From NCBI GenBank assembly GCA_017654855.1, contig CM030336.1:3162001-3226000 (forward strand): a stretch of DNA of 64,000 nucleotides, read 5' to 3'. The position numbers and the translations under genes are program-made. The notes under the pieces were generated by a model. It saw only the letters and a program-made list of their open reading frames with translations, was not told the DNA's origin and searched no databases. This document shows positions 48,981-62,332 of the stretch, one piece after another. The DNA comes from Podospora anserina (taxonomy: Eukaryota). The number at the start of each line of letters is the position of its first letter. The first letter of the stretch is position 1.

Positions 48981-50483
48981 TTATTTTGGGGACCACCGAG
49001 GATTAGGATGTTTCCCTGAAACTTAAAGTCAGCGAGCTGAGACATCTAAGCCCATTTGACGATGCCTTACCATCAGCCTTGGTAATTGTCAGCGCGGCAG
49101 TATCATGCGCCTTGACCTCCAACTCAAAATACTTCCTAAAAATCCCGAGATCCTCCCCTGTCCACATGTCGTGTACCAAATAACCCTTGCCCCCAGACTT
49201 CAAGGGTGGGATCTCGGCAAAGACAGCCCGCATGTTTACAGCCGTGTCATGTGTATTGAGCAGAAAAACATGGATCCCCTTGACCGATGTGCCCACCCAA
49301 AAAGCAGCCGGATGGTCCCTGTCCGACGTGTTGGCGGGCCTGTCGTTGCCCCATTTGTAGGGCATGGCCGAAGCACCATAAACCGGGTCTTGGTTGAAGT
49401 CGATCAGCTCCTTGTTGGAAAGAATGTCGAGAATGGGCTTTCTCAACGCCAATGTATCCAGGGGGGTTCCGACGATAAGCGCGCTTTTCAAAGCACACCA
49501 AAGAGCAAAGTGGCTGCGGTTCTCCTCGATCGTCAGGTCCCCATTGCCAACCTCGAGCATGTCCCAGTCATTGTGGCTTCCGAAATCAGTATAATTCCAC
49601 AACAGTGATGCCTGGTTGACAATCGGCATCAGGCCCCAGCTCCATTTCTCTTTGCCCTTCCACGCGGGGAAGATGTCTCCCCACATTCTCCACGAGTGAC
49701 CGGTGCTGTTACCCCAGCGCTCGACGTGTGCGTGGCCCCAGGCGCAGAGTGAGTATTGGATGGTGCGGTTCTGTCTTTGGAGGGCGTCATGCATAACACG
49801 GTAGCGTTTAGCGGTGTTGGATGTCCCCCAGTCATAGCCAGGGGGGGCATTGTTGGCTGGTTCCTCGGGGATGTACTCGTATTCATCAGCCCATTCTGGT
49901 GGCACATTGCAGTTGTCGTACTTGAGATCTTGGCCCTCTGCTGTGAGTCTTAGGCAATAACACGTGGGCGAGGAACATACAGTCAATGCCCCATTTGCTG
50001 AATGTTGCAGCATCCAGTTCTTCATACCCGAGTGATCCTGCGTAACCACCACATGTATCGGTGCCTTGGCCAAACCACAATGGTTAGTGTGATGAATAAG
50101 CACCGTCAAGAGGGTGAAGTGAACAAACCTGCATCACTGTAGATGCCCAACTTCAGCCCCAGTGAGTGGACCTCCTCTGCCACCTTGACAATGCCCCGAG
50201 GGAATTTCTCGGCGTCGGGTATCAACTCGCCGGTCGTTGCGTCACGTCTTAGTTCTTTGTCGCTCCAGCAATCATCAATGTTGACGTATTCATAGCCGAG
50301 GTCCTTGAGCCCCAAGTCAACCAACTGCCTGGCCACGGTGATGAAGACTCCCTCGCTGATGTTGCATTCGTACTCGTTCCAAGAGTTCCATCCCATAGCT
50401 GGGAGACGGCCGGTCCCGTCTCGACTGACAAAGGCTGAAGCCAAAGAAGCCAGCCCGAGGAGCCGCCCTGCAAGAGACGCCAT
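48981..50483 (-). CDS. GH27 alpha-galactosidase
   Basis: [55 protein letters not shown] predicted short last exon ends at the TAA at 48981. Confidence 0.93.
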
Positions 50484-51538
50484 CGTGTGTGTGTGTCGTG
50501 GAGGAGAAAGTTGTTTGTTATTGTGTTTTGTGAGAGAAGAAGTTCCGGGTCACATTTGGAAATATTAATGAATCGATGTATCACATTTGGCTCTTTTGAA
50601 TACCTGTGGGATGAGATCGCGACCTGCCCTTTGGAGGAACATTGAAACTCGGGCGGGGTTGGTCCGCGCTCCCGGCCCGGAATGGCGATATTTCCACAAC
50701 TTAACTCCAGTAGACTTGGCTAGCCGCCAGGCCCACTGATAGTGACAGCATGTAATGGTTTCGATTTGACGGAAAATACCATTTACGAAGGAGTCATACC
50801 TATCTAATGGGCCCACACACCTCACTCGAGTACGTCATCATTAACCCGTAGAGAAACAACGCCATGCAACATTCTGTGCGAGCGGTGTTCCACGCAAAAA
50901 GAGGGTTCCGGTGAGAAATGAGTACCCGTAAATATAGACTTGAATACCTTAGTTGCGCTTTGGGCTGTTGCGCTCCAGACGCAGTGAGACTGAAAAGATG
51001 GCTGAGTTGTTCAAAACCAACAATACTGCTTCCGGATCAATCTCCTCCTACCCCCCATCATCCTCCTCCTCCTCTATAATTAAAACCTCATCTGGTGTTT
51101 GCAAACGCTGCTCCTTGGCTTGTCTTGTTAGCTCGGGGGCGACAGCTTCCTCGGCCGAGCGAGTGTCTTGCGTCTGTACGCGAGATCTCTTAGACCTTCT
51201 TAAGGGCTCAGGGACGGTAGGCAGGGGCTCAGGGGCGGTGTCAGGGGCGCAAGGCGGCGCCTTGTCGACCGTCTTGGGCGCTCGGGTACGGCAACCTCGA
51301 TCGAGTTCAGGGGCTCGGGGGCGACCTTCTTGGAAGTTCTGTTGCGTAAGGAGTCTTTTCATCGCACATTAGTGAGGCCATCACACAGGGCATGCCAGAG
51401 CATGTCAATGCACTTCGGGCACCGGGTATGTCAGGACATATCAGAGGATTGGGGTAGAGGTGACTCGAAGCATATCAAGGCATATGATCGAGGCATATCA
51501 ACCATGCCAAGCATGTCAAGGCATCAGGCCATTAGGAC

Positions 51539-51585
51539 ACAGTGGGACAGTGGGACAGTGGGACAGTGGGACAGTGGGACAGTGG
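51539..51585. repeat. (ACAGTGGG)n tandem repeat, nearly 6 units
   Basis: Perfect 8-bp tandem units visible directly. Confidence 0.9.
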
Positions 51586-51810
51586 AAAAGTGAGGTAGCA
51601 GCAGTGTGTATATTCGTCGTATTTAGTACATGTGAACAGGCCAAGGTAAAGGCCAGGCACAATCTCACGACAAAAGATCACGGAACAACAGGAAAAGAAA
51701 AGAGAAACAGAAAGACTAAATCAAGATTGTAAACTAAGAAAAATCGCAAGGGACTGACCTATAAGGCATTATGCATAATATTCGAGATTAATATTTTAGC
51801 TAAGGGTGGA

Positions 51811-52295
51811 TGTGACGAACCCCTGTACAGAACCTCTGAAAGGGATACTGGTTGAAGGTAACTTCTGACAATTGGTTCGGTGCAGCTAAACAGTGCACAA
51901 CAGGATGTCTCAATGCAAACACTAGATACCGTGAATGCAGGCTTGAATTGCATACTGCGGAACTGTCTATCTACACCAGCCAGTTCCTCCGTATATATAG
52001 TCCTTGTGCTAAGCCATGATCAGTCTCCTAAGGCCACTGATCACCTCTGCTCAGTCTGCTCAGTGCCCTGATCACACTGATCACTCTGCTCAGTCTGCTC
52101 AGTGCCCTGATCACACTGATCACTCTGCTCAGTCTGCTCAGTGCCCTGATCACACTGATCACTCTGCTCAGTCTGCTTGGCGCCCTGATCAGACCGATCC
52201 ACTCTTGCTCCACTATAAGTGGTTCCCTATACGTTCTCCCGATTGGCCCCTGATTCCCGTGGCCCCCACAACCGTTCTGTACCAGGGTTGTGACA
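51811..52295 (+). mobile_element. Solo LTR with 5-bp TSD GTGGA and an internal 39-bp tandem array
   Basis: TGTGACGAAC...GGTTGTGACA is flanked by GTGGA on both sides. The unit TGATCACTCTGCTCAGTCTGCTCAGTGCCCTGATCACAC occurs about 4 times. Confidence 0.9.
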
Positions 52296-52647
52296 GTGGA
52301 TTAGTGCTATATCTATTATTAGGATTTATGTAATACTATACGGATTAAGCTACCAATATACCTTTACGAAGGATAGGAATAAAAATAAAAGAGGACCGCC
52401 CTGATCGGAATAGGTTTATTTAGATATTTTTATCTCTCGGGCCGGCAACTCTTGACTTAGGAAAGGATCCACACACATATAGACACACCCACATACACTA
52501 CTCTACCACCTCGACTAATACGAGTACCAACCCTCAAGGAATCAGTCAGACAGCCTAAAAAGGACCGCCCCGGAGTGATCCGTTTAGTCTAAAAACTGTC
52601 CTTCTAATTCTAGAAGGAGGCAACACGATACGGGATGGGTCGAGCAT

Positions 52648-52698
52648 CGCAGCGGCGGTAGCGGGCGGCAGCGGGCGGCAGCGGGCGGCAGCGGGCGA
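52648..52698. repeat. (GCAGCGGGCG)n GC-rich repeat inside an AT-rich, probably RIP-degraded segment
   Basis: About 4 tandem 10-bp units. The surrounding 52300-53010 region is TA-rich and lacks credible ORFs. Confidence 0.6.
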
Positions 52699-54222
52699 GC
52701 CGGGATATAGTGTGTAGGCGCCGTATGGAGAGCGAGGAAGCGCGAGAAATAGCTAATAATAGTATTGATAATCGCTTAAAATCAAGTACAATAGTCTGAA
52801 GGAGAGGAGAGAGGAAGAGGAACGAGAAAATAGACACCTATACTTTTCATACACGTTCCAATACTCCACTTACCCGTTCCTTCCCCTTTCCCTCCCTTCC
52901 TCCTTCCTTCTTTTACTTTTCACGTATTAAGCGCGTCCGGGCGTATATTTATCAGGCAGATATAGAACCCTTAACATAAAGGAAAGAAGGAAGGAAGGTT
53001 TAGGTTATAATTCGGAAGGGACTCTTGGGGCAGAAGCCAGCTCAGCCGGCCTATTGAAAATAACTTTATTCACTTCCGTTCATTATAGTTCTTGAGGGAC
53101 AACCGTTTATTCTGGAATAAACTTTCTTTCGAGGCAACTCTGAAAGAATCACTTACGGTTCAGTGCCAGGTGGGATACCAGTCATTTGACTCTAGGTAGG
53201 TATGTGGCAAGGCTGTGCGTCCCTCAACGCAGTCAATACATAAGAGAGTGAGAAGGAGGAGATGTTCCGCATGCGAAAGAAAGAGCCAGGTGCGGTTATA
53301 ATACGAGTGATAGCCTGGAAACATTGACGACTGCTTTCCTATCTTCCAAGTTTCTCTTGTCTTGCCACAGTGATTGACTATGTGACATTGATCACAAAAC
53401 TCCTGCTTTTAGGGCCGCAATACTTGCGCACCATGCACGCGCAGGGGTCAACAGGGATCCAGGTTCTTCCACTTGCACAGAGCACAACCACCATCTGACC
53501 ATCACCCGCGCCAGTCAATCGATCAATTGCCCGGTGGCCATTAGGAGTCCTGGACAGAAGAGATTAGTCATTGCTTGCTGCACACGAGGAACTGGATTAC
53601 CTGGGTGTGTTGCCGTGGATGTGGATGCTGTTGCTTGATTTTGGTGATTTTCAAGGTTGAAGATGCTCGCTTTGCAAGGCTCTGTAAGCTTAGCGTGTCG
53701 CACCGTATTGACAAAAACAGATCGATGCTTGCACCACTTAAGAGTCCTACCAAGTTAACCTATTACCTTATAAAAACATATTAAGTGATAAGGTAGAATG
53801 CTTTAGATGTACAGTATTAATAAATAGTTTATAAATTGTTAAAAATGAGGCCCTGTAAGCTCTATTTTACAGTAAGTTACTGCTGTAATACCATAAGGCG
53901 TTTAGTTCCGAAACTAGTAGATACGGCGAAGACGGTCACAATACACCTACCTGGCACCTCAGAGGATCTACTTAGTACAAAGTCAACTTCGAAGTCCTGC
54001 ATCGGACGCTACGGTGCCAAAAATGGCCTATATTTTGGATTTAGGCTACAAAGGCTCTATAAATGCCCTGTAGAAATAGCGGCCCTGTGTGCCCACAGAT
54101 ACCCGCCTCTACAGTAGGCTGGTGGCCGATTTTGCCCTGTTTTGTATGGGCGTGAGCACGTCTTTTGCAAAACGCAGCCAAATTTTTGACTTCCAGGTCA
54201 GACCCTAACACATCTGCGTGGT

Positions 54223-54700
54223 TGTGACGAACCCCTATACAGAACCTCTGAAAGGAATACTGGTTGAAGGTAACTTCTGACAATTGGTTCGGTGCAGCTA
54301 AACAGTGCACAACAAGATGTCTCAATATAAACACTAGATACCGTGAATATAAGCTTGAATTACATACTGCGGAACTGTCTATCTACACCAGCCAGTTCCT
54401 CCGTATATATAGACCTTGGGGCCGTGAGGTGCTCGCCCTGCTATGGCCCCGATCACTCCTAGCACATTGCATCCTGCATTGTGCTCGTCGTGCTATACCT
54501 CTGATCACTCCTAGCACATTGCATCTGCATTGTGCTCGTCGTGCTATGCCTCTGATCATCCCTAGCATCTTGCATCCTGCAGACTGCTCGTGAGCCTTGG
54601 CGCCATAGCACTTTTGCCTAGCCCTGACTTCCTGAATGATTGGCTAGGGGCGACCTGCGCCCCACATGTGGCGCGACCTGCCGTTGGGTTAACTGTGACA
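54223..54700 (+). mobile_element. Solo LTR with 5-bp TSD GTGGT and an internal ~52-bp tandem array
   Basis: TGTGACGAAC...TTAACTGTGACA is flanked by GTGGT on both sides. Its 3' half resembles the 34932 copy, with one additional repeat unit. Confidence 0.92.
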
Positions 54701-55320
54701 GTGGTGGAGGAGGCAAGACCCTGTGAGGCCCCCGGGGGTATATGGTAGAGGTCGAGTGCGAACTCTGCTGCAGAGTACTATAGTGGAATTATAGAAGGAT
54801 AGCGCTATAAATACAGAAAGTCACCTATTATTGCTCTGTCTTATTGAATCAAATCTCACCAGCTTTCAATGCACATCTCGGACTATTGAAAAGTCCATAA
54901 AGAAGCAACTTCAAGTTACCAACGAGAACTTCTACCGCAACCAGCTGAAAACAGGAGCGGCATTGTGGGAATCTGCAAATGGCAGATTCTGCAGTTGTGG
55001 TGACTTGCCTGTAAAGATAGACTTAAACACCTTAGTTAGGTACGCTTTGTACTGTTGCGCTCCCGACGCAGTAAGACTCATAAGATGGCTGACCTTATCC
55101 ACAGTTAGTGGCCCAATACTGCTCGCAACGCCAACTATTCCTTGGCAGAGGCCTCCTGTATCGAGCTCTCAACTCTTCTTCATATCAAGCCCAGAAAATA
55201 CCTTGATACATGATCATTCTCCGGCCCAACTTCTCCACTCGATACCAGTAATGCTATAACCTCGTCCATCGACCCATGATTATGCGAAAAGCCCTGACCG
55301 GTCCCCAAGCTATTCCCGTG

Positions 55321-57573
55321 TCAAAACGCATCAAACAGACCCATCAAATCCATTCCAACATGGGACATGTCAGGTGGCGCCGCCTCTGGGTAGTAAAAGC
55401 TAGAATTGAAAAAGTCCCTCATCTCTTTATCAGCATCCATTTGATGCGGTGGCTGTGGAAACGGCCGTGGCGTCTGATGTTCATCTCCACTGTGATGTGC
55501 CTGCTGCTCGGCGTGGCGATATCCCAAGCCCAGTGCTGAAACCGCCGAGACAATCCCGCACATGCTCTTCCATAACCGATGGCCCGCGATGCTGGTCTCG
55601 GAGAAGCCCCTGACAAGGTTGACGGCGTCGGCAATGTCTTGACAACAGGCGGCGGCGAATAATTCTGGTGCATGGCAGGTAGCGAGGAGGACTATGGCGA
55701 GCGCCGATATGAGGTAGTGGTTATAAGCCGGCTGTTGCCGCGCGTAGATGTCGGTTTCTTCACTCAGCGTGACAATGACCTGGATAGAATCCCTTGCTAT
55801 TTGGACGACAAGGCGCGCTTGGGGAGGGTTGGCGGCAATGGCGCTGCTGGTGAGGACATGGTGGCGGTTTACTAGGGACCGCAGATGGTTGCCGCGAAGA
55901 TGCATCATTGAGCGCACGTTGCGTGCAGCTCTTGAGGGCGTCAGGGTGGGGTAGTCGAGGTCAAGGGTGGGCGGGTTTATGGGGGGATAAAAGTGAGAAG
56001 ACAGCCTGAACGGGGAGGGTATGCCGCAAACCCAGTCTTGGATTTGCTGATCAAGAATCAGCGCGGGAGATGGGGAGGTTGATGTGCTGCCGAACTGGGG
56101 GAGGGCTTCCCAGACCTTGGAGCAGAGGCGAGCATAGTCGACAAGCAACCGAAGGTAGACTTGATGTGCTGGCTAAGACCTGTGTTAGCAAACGAACTTG
56201 CAGAGGGGGTGACATGCAAACCAAATCAGGAAGCTCAGGGTCAACATCACGGTCAACTATGGCAAAAGACAGGCCAGTACCTAAGCTCCATCGACGGTCA
56301 AGGCAATAAACAGACCAGAAAACAACCAAAGCATCTTCTCGATCTGCCGGGTCAAGAAAGTTCGTGATCAAACTCTGCCGTCGATGCAAGCCCATCTCTA
56401 GTACCATTCTAGCTGCAATGCCCAGAGCTTAGGGTAATGTCAGCACGCCCATTATTTTCTCATATCATTAGGCAACTCACTGCGCCAGGCGTAGAGCTCT
56501 TCGTCACAATAAAAGTGGTACGTTGCCTGCCCCTCAATATCAGTCCCCGGAATTATCCAATCTTAACGCAAAGGCTCATTCTCACCATGATAGCCGCCGT
56601 TCGAATCTCGATGAGCTCTACCTGAGGATGGGCATACATCTTGCCAGTCTCATGCTCGACCGAGGTGTAAAGGTCCATTGCCAACTTGTTCCCAGTTCTT
56701 TCTAAAACAAGAGCTGTCGCAATGGCTATTTTGAGAAATTGAGCCTGCTTCTGGACGCGCGCGGCATCATCCTGATGAGCAACCCCTGATAGCCGATCAA
56801 CGATGTCTGGTATTTTTGCCTCCACATCCCGACAGTAAAAGGCAGGGTATGACGAGGCTATTTCATCCTGAAAGACAGCATAAAGGCGCTGTATTTCTGG
56901 GAGGGCAAGGCGCAGCAATGGATCATTTCCGGCGACTGAGCATGCATCTTGTCGTGGCAGTGATGGTGCTGGCTCCAGGTGAGCGTTATCGTTGTCCACA
57001 ACAACCCCCATCAGTTCTAGAGAAGCCTTGGCAATGTTGAGGGTGAAAGTGGGCCGTGTCATGCCCACAAAATGTGGCTCAACCCGAGTCCGAACTTGAG
57101 AGATGGTGAAAGGTTTTGCTTCGTCAGAGTATCCAGAAGCATGAGACTGCTGTGCCGGTGGGCTGGGGCTTTGGTTCTGATGGAATGAGGTCAACTGAGC
57201 AACCTGGTGACGCAGAATATTGAGCTCATGTTCCAACTGGCGAAACCGTGCGATGGGGTCATCGTTTTGGCTGACGTTGGTGGGAGCTGGTATATGACGC
57301 AGTTGACTTCTCAGGCCTCTCTGTGGGCGAGTGATTCGACATTGTAGGCCCTGAGCTCGACAACGATCACAGCAGCCAGGAACTGTAGTTCGACATTTGA
57401 GCTTGCGGCCTCGGCACTCCTCACTATAAGACCCATTAGCTGCCACGTCCTTCGGTGGGCTATTATTGTAAAACAACAGACCACGCAATACTTGAGTACT
57501 TTTCTCTCTTGAATCGTGTAGCAGGACGAGGGGTTATGGTGATGGCGGTGGTGGTTGCGGGTGTCCCGGCCAT
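55321..57573 (-). CDS. Zn(II)2Cys6 transcription factor with fungal-specific TF domain
   Basis: The spliced motif reads IAC-EECRGRKLKCRTTVPGCCDRCRAQGLQC. Middle-homology region LEMGLHRR...FWSVYCLDRRWSLGTG. Confidence 0.9.
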
Positions 57574-58178
57574 GTTTGCAGCGTTCTTTAGTTCCAGGTT
57601 GATTCGTTCGTAGATATGGAAATAAATCGGGACTTGGAGAGAAAGCACAAGTTGTTTTGAGTAAGTAGATATTTGTCGTCGAGTGTGTGGGGTACTGTCA
57701 GAATAGTCAATGAGGCCCACTGTTAAGGAATTAATATCTTGGCAATGGGACCTGAGCCACTGGGTTCGGCCTTTTCCAGCCACCCGGGGCAACACACCCT
57801 CTTGCAACATAACAATTGACACCTTTTTTGGACCCCATATACGATTTGACAGGTACCAATCCCCACTTTGCGGCAATGATCTTCCAGCGGACGCCGTTTC
57901 GGGGGTGTGAGGAGTCCGAGTACCTACCTTAGCAACCGCAATCCCGTGGCGCTCAAGCTGTGGGCAAAGGTCATGAATCATACCTCAAAAGATAACAGGA
58001 CTGAATAAAAGATAGTGAAGAGGCCATCTGCTTTTTAAAAGGTGTACATTGCTCGTTATCACGCATCCAGGAATTCCGTTCTTTTACCCGAGTTTGGACA
58101 AATTCAAGAACTCGTTAACTAAGCTAAAAGTAGAGAAACAACACAAACATCCGAATCCTACCACCAACCCCAAATCAC

Positions 58179-59895
58179 CTACTTCTCCTCAAGCCCCAGT
58201 CTTTCCAACTTCGCCGTCGAGTTCCAAATACCCTGCTTCCCTGGACTCAAAATTCCGTTGGGATCAATAGTATCCTTCAACATGGTGGTAAATCTCCCAA
58301 ATGCACCGTTATTAAACGTCTGGTGAGCCGCCGTAGCATCCATGAAGCTGATGTGGGTGCGGTACTCCAAATAGCCCAGCTTCTTGGAGTCCTCCATGAG
58401 AGCGTGCTGGACATCGTGCAGTCGGGCCTTGGCTGAGGGATGGAACATGATCAAATTAATGCTTATGATGTATCTGTCGAAGACGTGAAAATCGGCAAGG
58501 AAATTAAGATCGTGATCCTCGGTGATCTTCTTGGCCCTGACGTACCACTCGTACAGCTCGCGGCCCGAGGGTGGTAGGACAGGGGAGTAGCAGTTGTGCC
58601 AGAGACCGTCCTCTTTTGACGAGAAGGCCAAAACATGATCGATGGAAGGAACTCCGCTCTGAGGGAGGAAGTCTTGTGTGACATCCTCGCTTCTGAGATA
58701 CTCGCCAGGCACGGCATTAAAAGTCTCATGTGTAACCTTTGCGCCCTTGACCTGCTTGAAGCGCCGCTTGACAGCTTCCAAAAGGCCCGCCTGGGCTTCT
58801 GGGGGACCATAGAGAGCGAAACCTGCACACCAGGCTGGCAATCCCAGGATGGAGGAAACCTTGCTGATAAGATCATGAGGGATGTGACGTGCAAAGTTGC
58901 CGTGCTCGCCCAAGATTTTGGCAATCTCGGGGTCGCGACGCGCTGCACCGATGATCAGAGTCATCCTGCCATACAGCTGTGGAGGGTTGGCCACAATGCG
59001 CCGGCGCATCAGGTCAGTCATGGTGCCAACCAGCGGCGCCAAATCTTGTTCCTCGGGGACTTCGACGAGAATTCTAGTGTAGGCTTCGGGGGCAGGGGAG
59101 AATTGAATCCCCATCTTCGTGACAATGCCTACCGTTTCCTCCGTCAGCCATCACGTCAGAGGTGGCCTCGCCAAGGGAAACGTACCATAATTTGACTGGA
59201 AGAACAGACCATCCAACCCGGGCCCAAAGCCCCCTGAATACAGCGGCCACACCTTGCTGTCCTCCACAACACCCATACCAGTTCGCAGCAAATCACCATC
59301 AGGGAGGACGACCTCCATGCCGCACTGGTGCTTGTAATGGGCAGCATCCTGCGTGTAACCAATACCTCGCTCCAAGGTATTTCCAACCACGGAACCCCAT
59401 CCAATGGCCGGGACAGAGATCCAGAGGTTGAGCTTGCGCTTCTTGATCTCTTCGTATAATTGTATGAATGTCACGCCAGGCTCCACGATGGCGTAGGCAT
59501 ATTCTTCGTTAATCTCGATGATCTTGTTCATTCGGTGCAAATCGAGGATGACGTTGCGGTCTACGACTGGGGCAGAGCCGCCATATCTAGACGGTAATGC
59601 GTTAGAACGAGTGGGAAAGGAAGCCGAGTTGAATGACTTACCCAAGATTCTTTCCCCTCGACACTGTCCACATGGGTACCTCGAACCTGTTCGCCGCCCG
59701 GACAAGCTCACGCACTTGTTCAACCGTGTCGGGACGAACTGCTGGCCCAGGGCGGTGCGGCCGAGACAAGGGGAATGGATCACCGTAGGCGACACTCCCA
59801 TCCAGGCCCTCTGGGGCACCAGAGGTTGGCTCTCTCGACACATTCTCGGAGCCCACGATAGCCTCGGCGGCGGTAAGAAATTTCTCCAGTTGCAT
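58179..59895 (-). CDS. Vanillyl-alcohol oxidase / eugenol oxidase (VAO/PCMH) family flavoprotein
   Basis: WTVSRGKNLG|YGGSAP, AIVEPGVTF, GSVVGNTLERGIGYT, WHNCYSPV (His at the position of the FAD-tethering His of VAO-type oxidases), and DPNGILSPGKQGIW. Confidence 0.9.
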
Positions 59896-60308
59896 GGTGA
59901 CGTTGTTATGGATGCAAAGTTGAAGAGATCAAGTTGAAAAAGCGACCAGCTTCTGTGTTGGGTGAAGGATTCAACAGGTACATATTGAATCCAAAAGCAT
60001 GGAGTTCTAGGTTCTCGGAACCTCGGACAGGTCCATGTTCTCCATCTTTGGTCATGCGTCCCCTTCCATCGCGACGCTGGCATCCATGGAAAGCATCATA
60101 GAATGTGGAACGTGGCCGCTCCGAAAGACAATCTCCATAAGGTCGCCATCGAGAAGCCTGTGACGTCGGAAAGTTGATAACAAATTGCTGGTGTTTTGAT
60201 TCGCGGGATTGGGAATAGAGGCTCGGAGGCTGGGGTAAGGTGTGGAGAATCGAAGCTGTTTGGAACCTAGCTTGTAGATCGCGGGGGAGGGCCGTCTCAC
60301 AAACTAAT

Positions 60309-60330
60309 CGGAATCACGGAATTTCGGAAT
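60309..60330. promoter_or_regulatory. Three CGGAAT direct repeats (8-bp period) in the divergent VAO/dioxygenase promoter; candidate Zn2Cys6 site
   Basis: CGGAATCACGGAATTTCGGAAT. Confidence 0.45.
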
Positions 60331-60539
60331 ACAGTGGGGCTTGATTTCCGAGCTGTTTGGAAATGCGCCTGGGTCAAATGATGATCCCCACAGCCACAGC
60401 GAGTTGATATCAACCCAAGTTATTCAAACAGAGAGGCTCGTGTCGATGCATATATTGATGACCAAAGACCTCAAGGCACCTAAGGTATGCTTCATTCATC
60501 ATTCATCATCGTTTTTCTTTCTTGCTGACTGTTGCTATT

Positions 60540-62255
60540 ATGCTCCCTCCACCACCTAACCCCAACGGCCCAAATGGGTTCTTTGGGCTGCATTCATCAT
60601 GGTCCAGCGTCAGGTCTCCCTTTGAGCACGGCGTCGTGGGACGCTTCGAGGGCGAGGTGACCGAGCTAGTGGTGTTCGGCGAGATCCCCAAGGAGCTCAA
60701 CGGAACCTTCTGTAAGTTGCCCGGTGTTTGCTGTCTCTTTCTGTCAAAGAAACACACGCTGACGAGAGTGCTCATACAGACCGCATCATGGTTGATCCAT
60801 TTTACCCCCTCCAAGAAGGCAATGCACCTATAGAAGGTGACGGGAACGTATGTGCCCTGCGCATCAGAGATGGCCGGGTCGATCTAAAGATCCGCTACGT
60901 CGACACTGAACGCCTCGTAAGTCCAGTTGCATACTTGCTCTCTGTTCGCTCCGTGGTCAGTTGGCTGACGTGTCGCATTCACACAGAGGCTGGAGCGTCA
61001 AGCCAACAAGCGCTTATTCGGATTGTATCGTAATCCTTTCACACATCATCCCTGTGTCCGCGCAGCTGTGGACAGCACCGCCAACACCAACCTCGTCTAC
61101 TGGGCTGGAAAGCTTCTCGCCCTCAAGGAATCCGCGCAGCCCTATCAAGTCCACCCCGACACGCTCGAAACAATCACCTACGACCCCTTCAACTCCCCAG
61201 GCTTGACATTCTCTGCCCATCCCAAGGTTGACCCGTATACAAGAGAGCTAGTTGTGTTCGGTTACGAAGCGAAGGGCCTCGGCACAGACGACGTCGTCAT
61301 CTACGCCCTCGACGAGCAAGGTGCAATTCACGATGAGCAGTGGATCAAGAGCCCGTGGCCCGCATTCATCCACGACTGTGCTCTCACCGCCAACTTCATC
61401 ATCCTGGTTCTGTGGCCCTACGAAACTGACGTAGACCACATGAAGAAGGGTGGTCAGCACTGGATCTACAGCAAGGACCTCCCAGCAACATTCGTCGTTG
61501 TCCCTCGACACCCCAACGACCTTCCTACTGGATGGAAGACGGGAGAGACCAGAGTCTACCACTCGGATCATGCCGTCCTTCTCCACACAGCCGGGTCATG
61601 GGAGGAAACAGCCGAGAACGGTGACGTGAGGCTCTATTTTGAGAGCTCGCGGATCCGCTACAACCTTTTCCCTGTCTTTGGCCCGCCAACTGACAAGCCA
61701 TTTGGAGACTTCCAGGCTGATTACGTCAGGTGGGAGATCGACCTCACCAAACCAACTAACACTCGCGTTGTTGACCCTGCTGTGATCTTGGATATGCCTG
61801 GAGAAATGGCCAGGGTTGATGAGCGCTTCTTGACAAAGCCATACGACAAGCTTTTCTGTCCTGTTATCCCCCCAGGGAAGCAGAGACCTATCCCCCCAAT
61901 TCTGCCTATCGGTCTGCATGCATACGTTATGCTTGACAAGCCCAGTGGGAAGGTTGATATGTTTGATCCTGGCCAGGGGTGCACAGTGGAGGAGCCAATC
62001 TTTGTGCCCAGGACAAAGGATGCGCCGGAGGGTGATGGTTGGGTGCTGGGGATGATTCAGAGGATGGATGTCAACAGGAGTGATTTGGTGGTGTTGGATA
62101 CAAGGGACTTTGGGAACCCGGTGGCGGTGGTTCAGTTGCCCTTTAGGATAAAGGGGCAGATTCATGGCAACTGGGTTGATGCGTTGCCGGGAGAGAAGAG
62201 CATGACAAGAATCCTGGAACCGGTTGAGAAGATTATGGGGAAGGGAGCTTTGTAG
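60540..62255 (+). CDS. Carotenoid-cleavage oxygenase family, stilbene/isoeugenol-cleaving dioxygenase-like (copy 2)
   Basis: GRFEGEV, LNGTF, IEGDG, LFGLYRNPFTH, STANTN, FSAHPKVDP, FIHD, LLHTA, VEEPIFVP, IHGNW. Two introns. Confidence 0.93.
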
Positions 62256-62332
62256 AATCAGTAACGGTAGATATCGAGTTACGTAGGTACCGTGCGGTAT
62301 CATGTCTTTGACTTGTATCGGCCAGGTGTCGA

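Noticed and set aside
52038-52195. 39-bp repeats resembling a CRISPR array or a repeat-peptide ORF (DHSAQSAQCPDHT)
   Set aside because: The units are head-to-tail with no unique spacers and lie inside a TSD-flanked solo LTR in a eukaryote.
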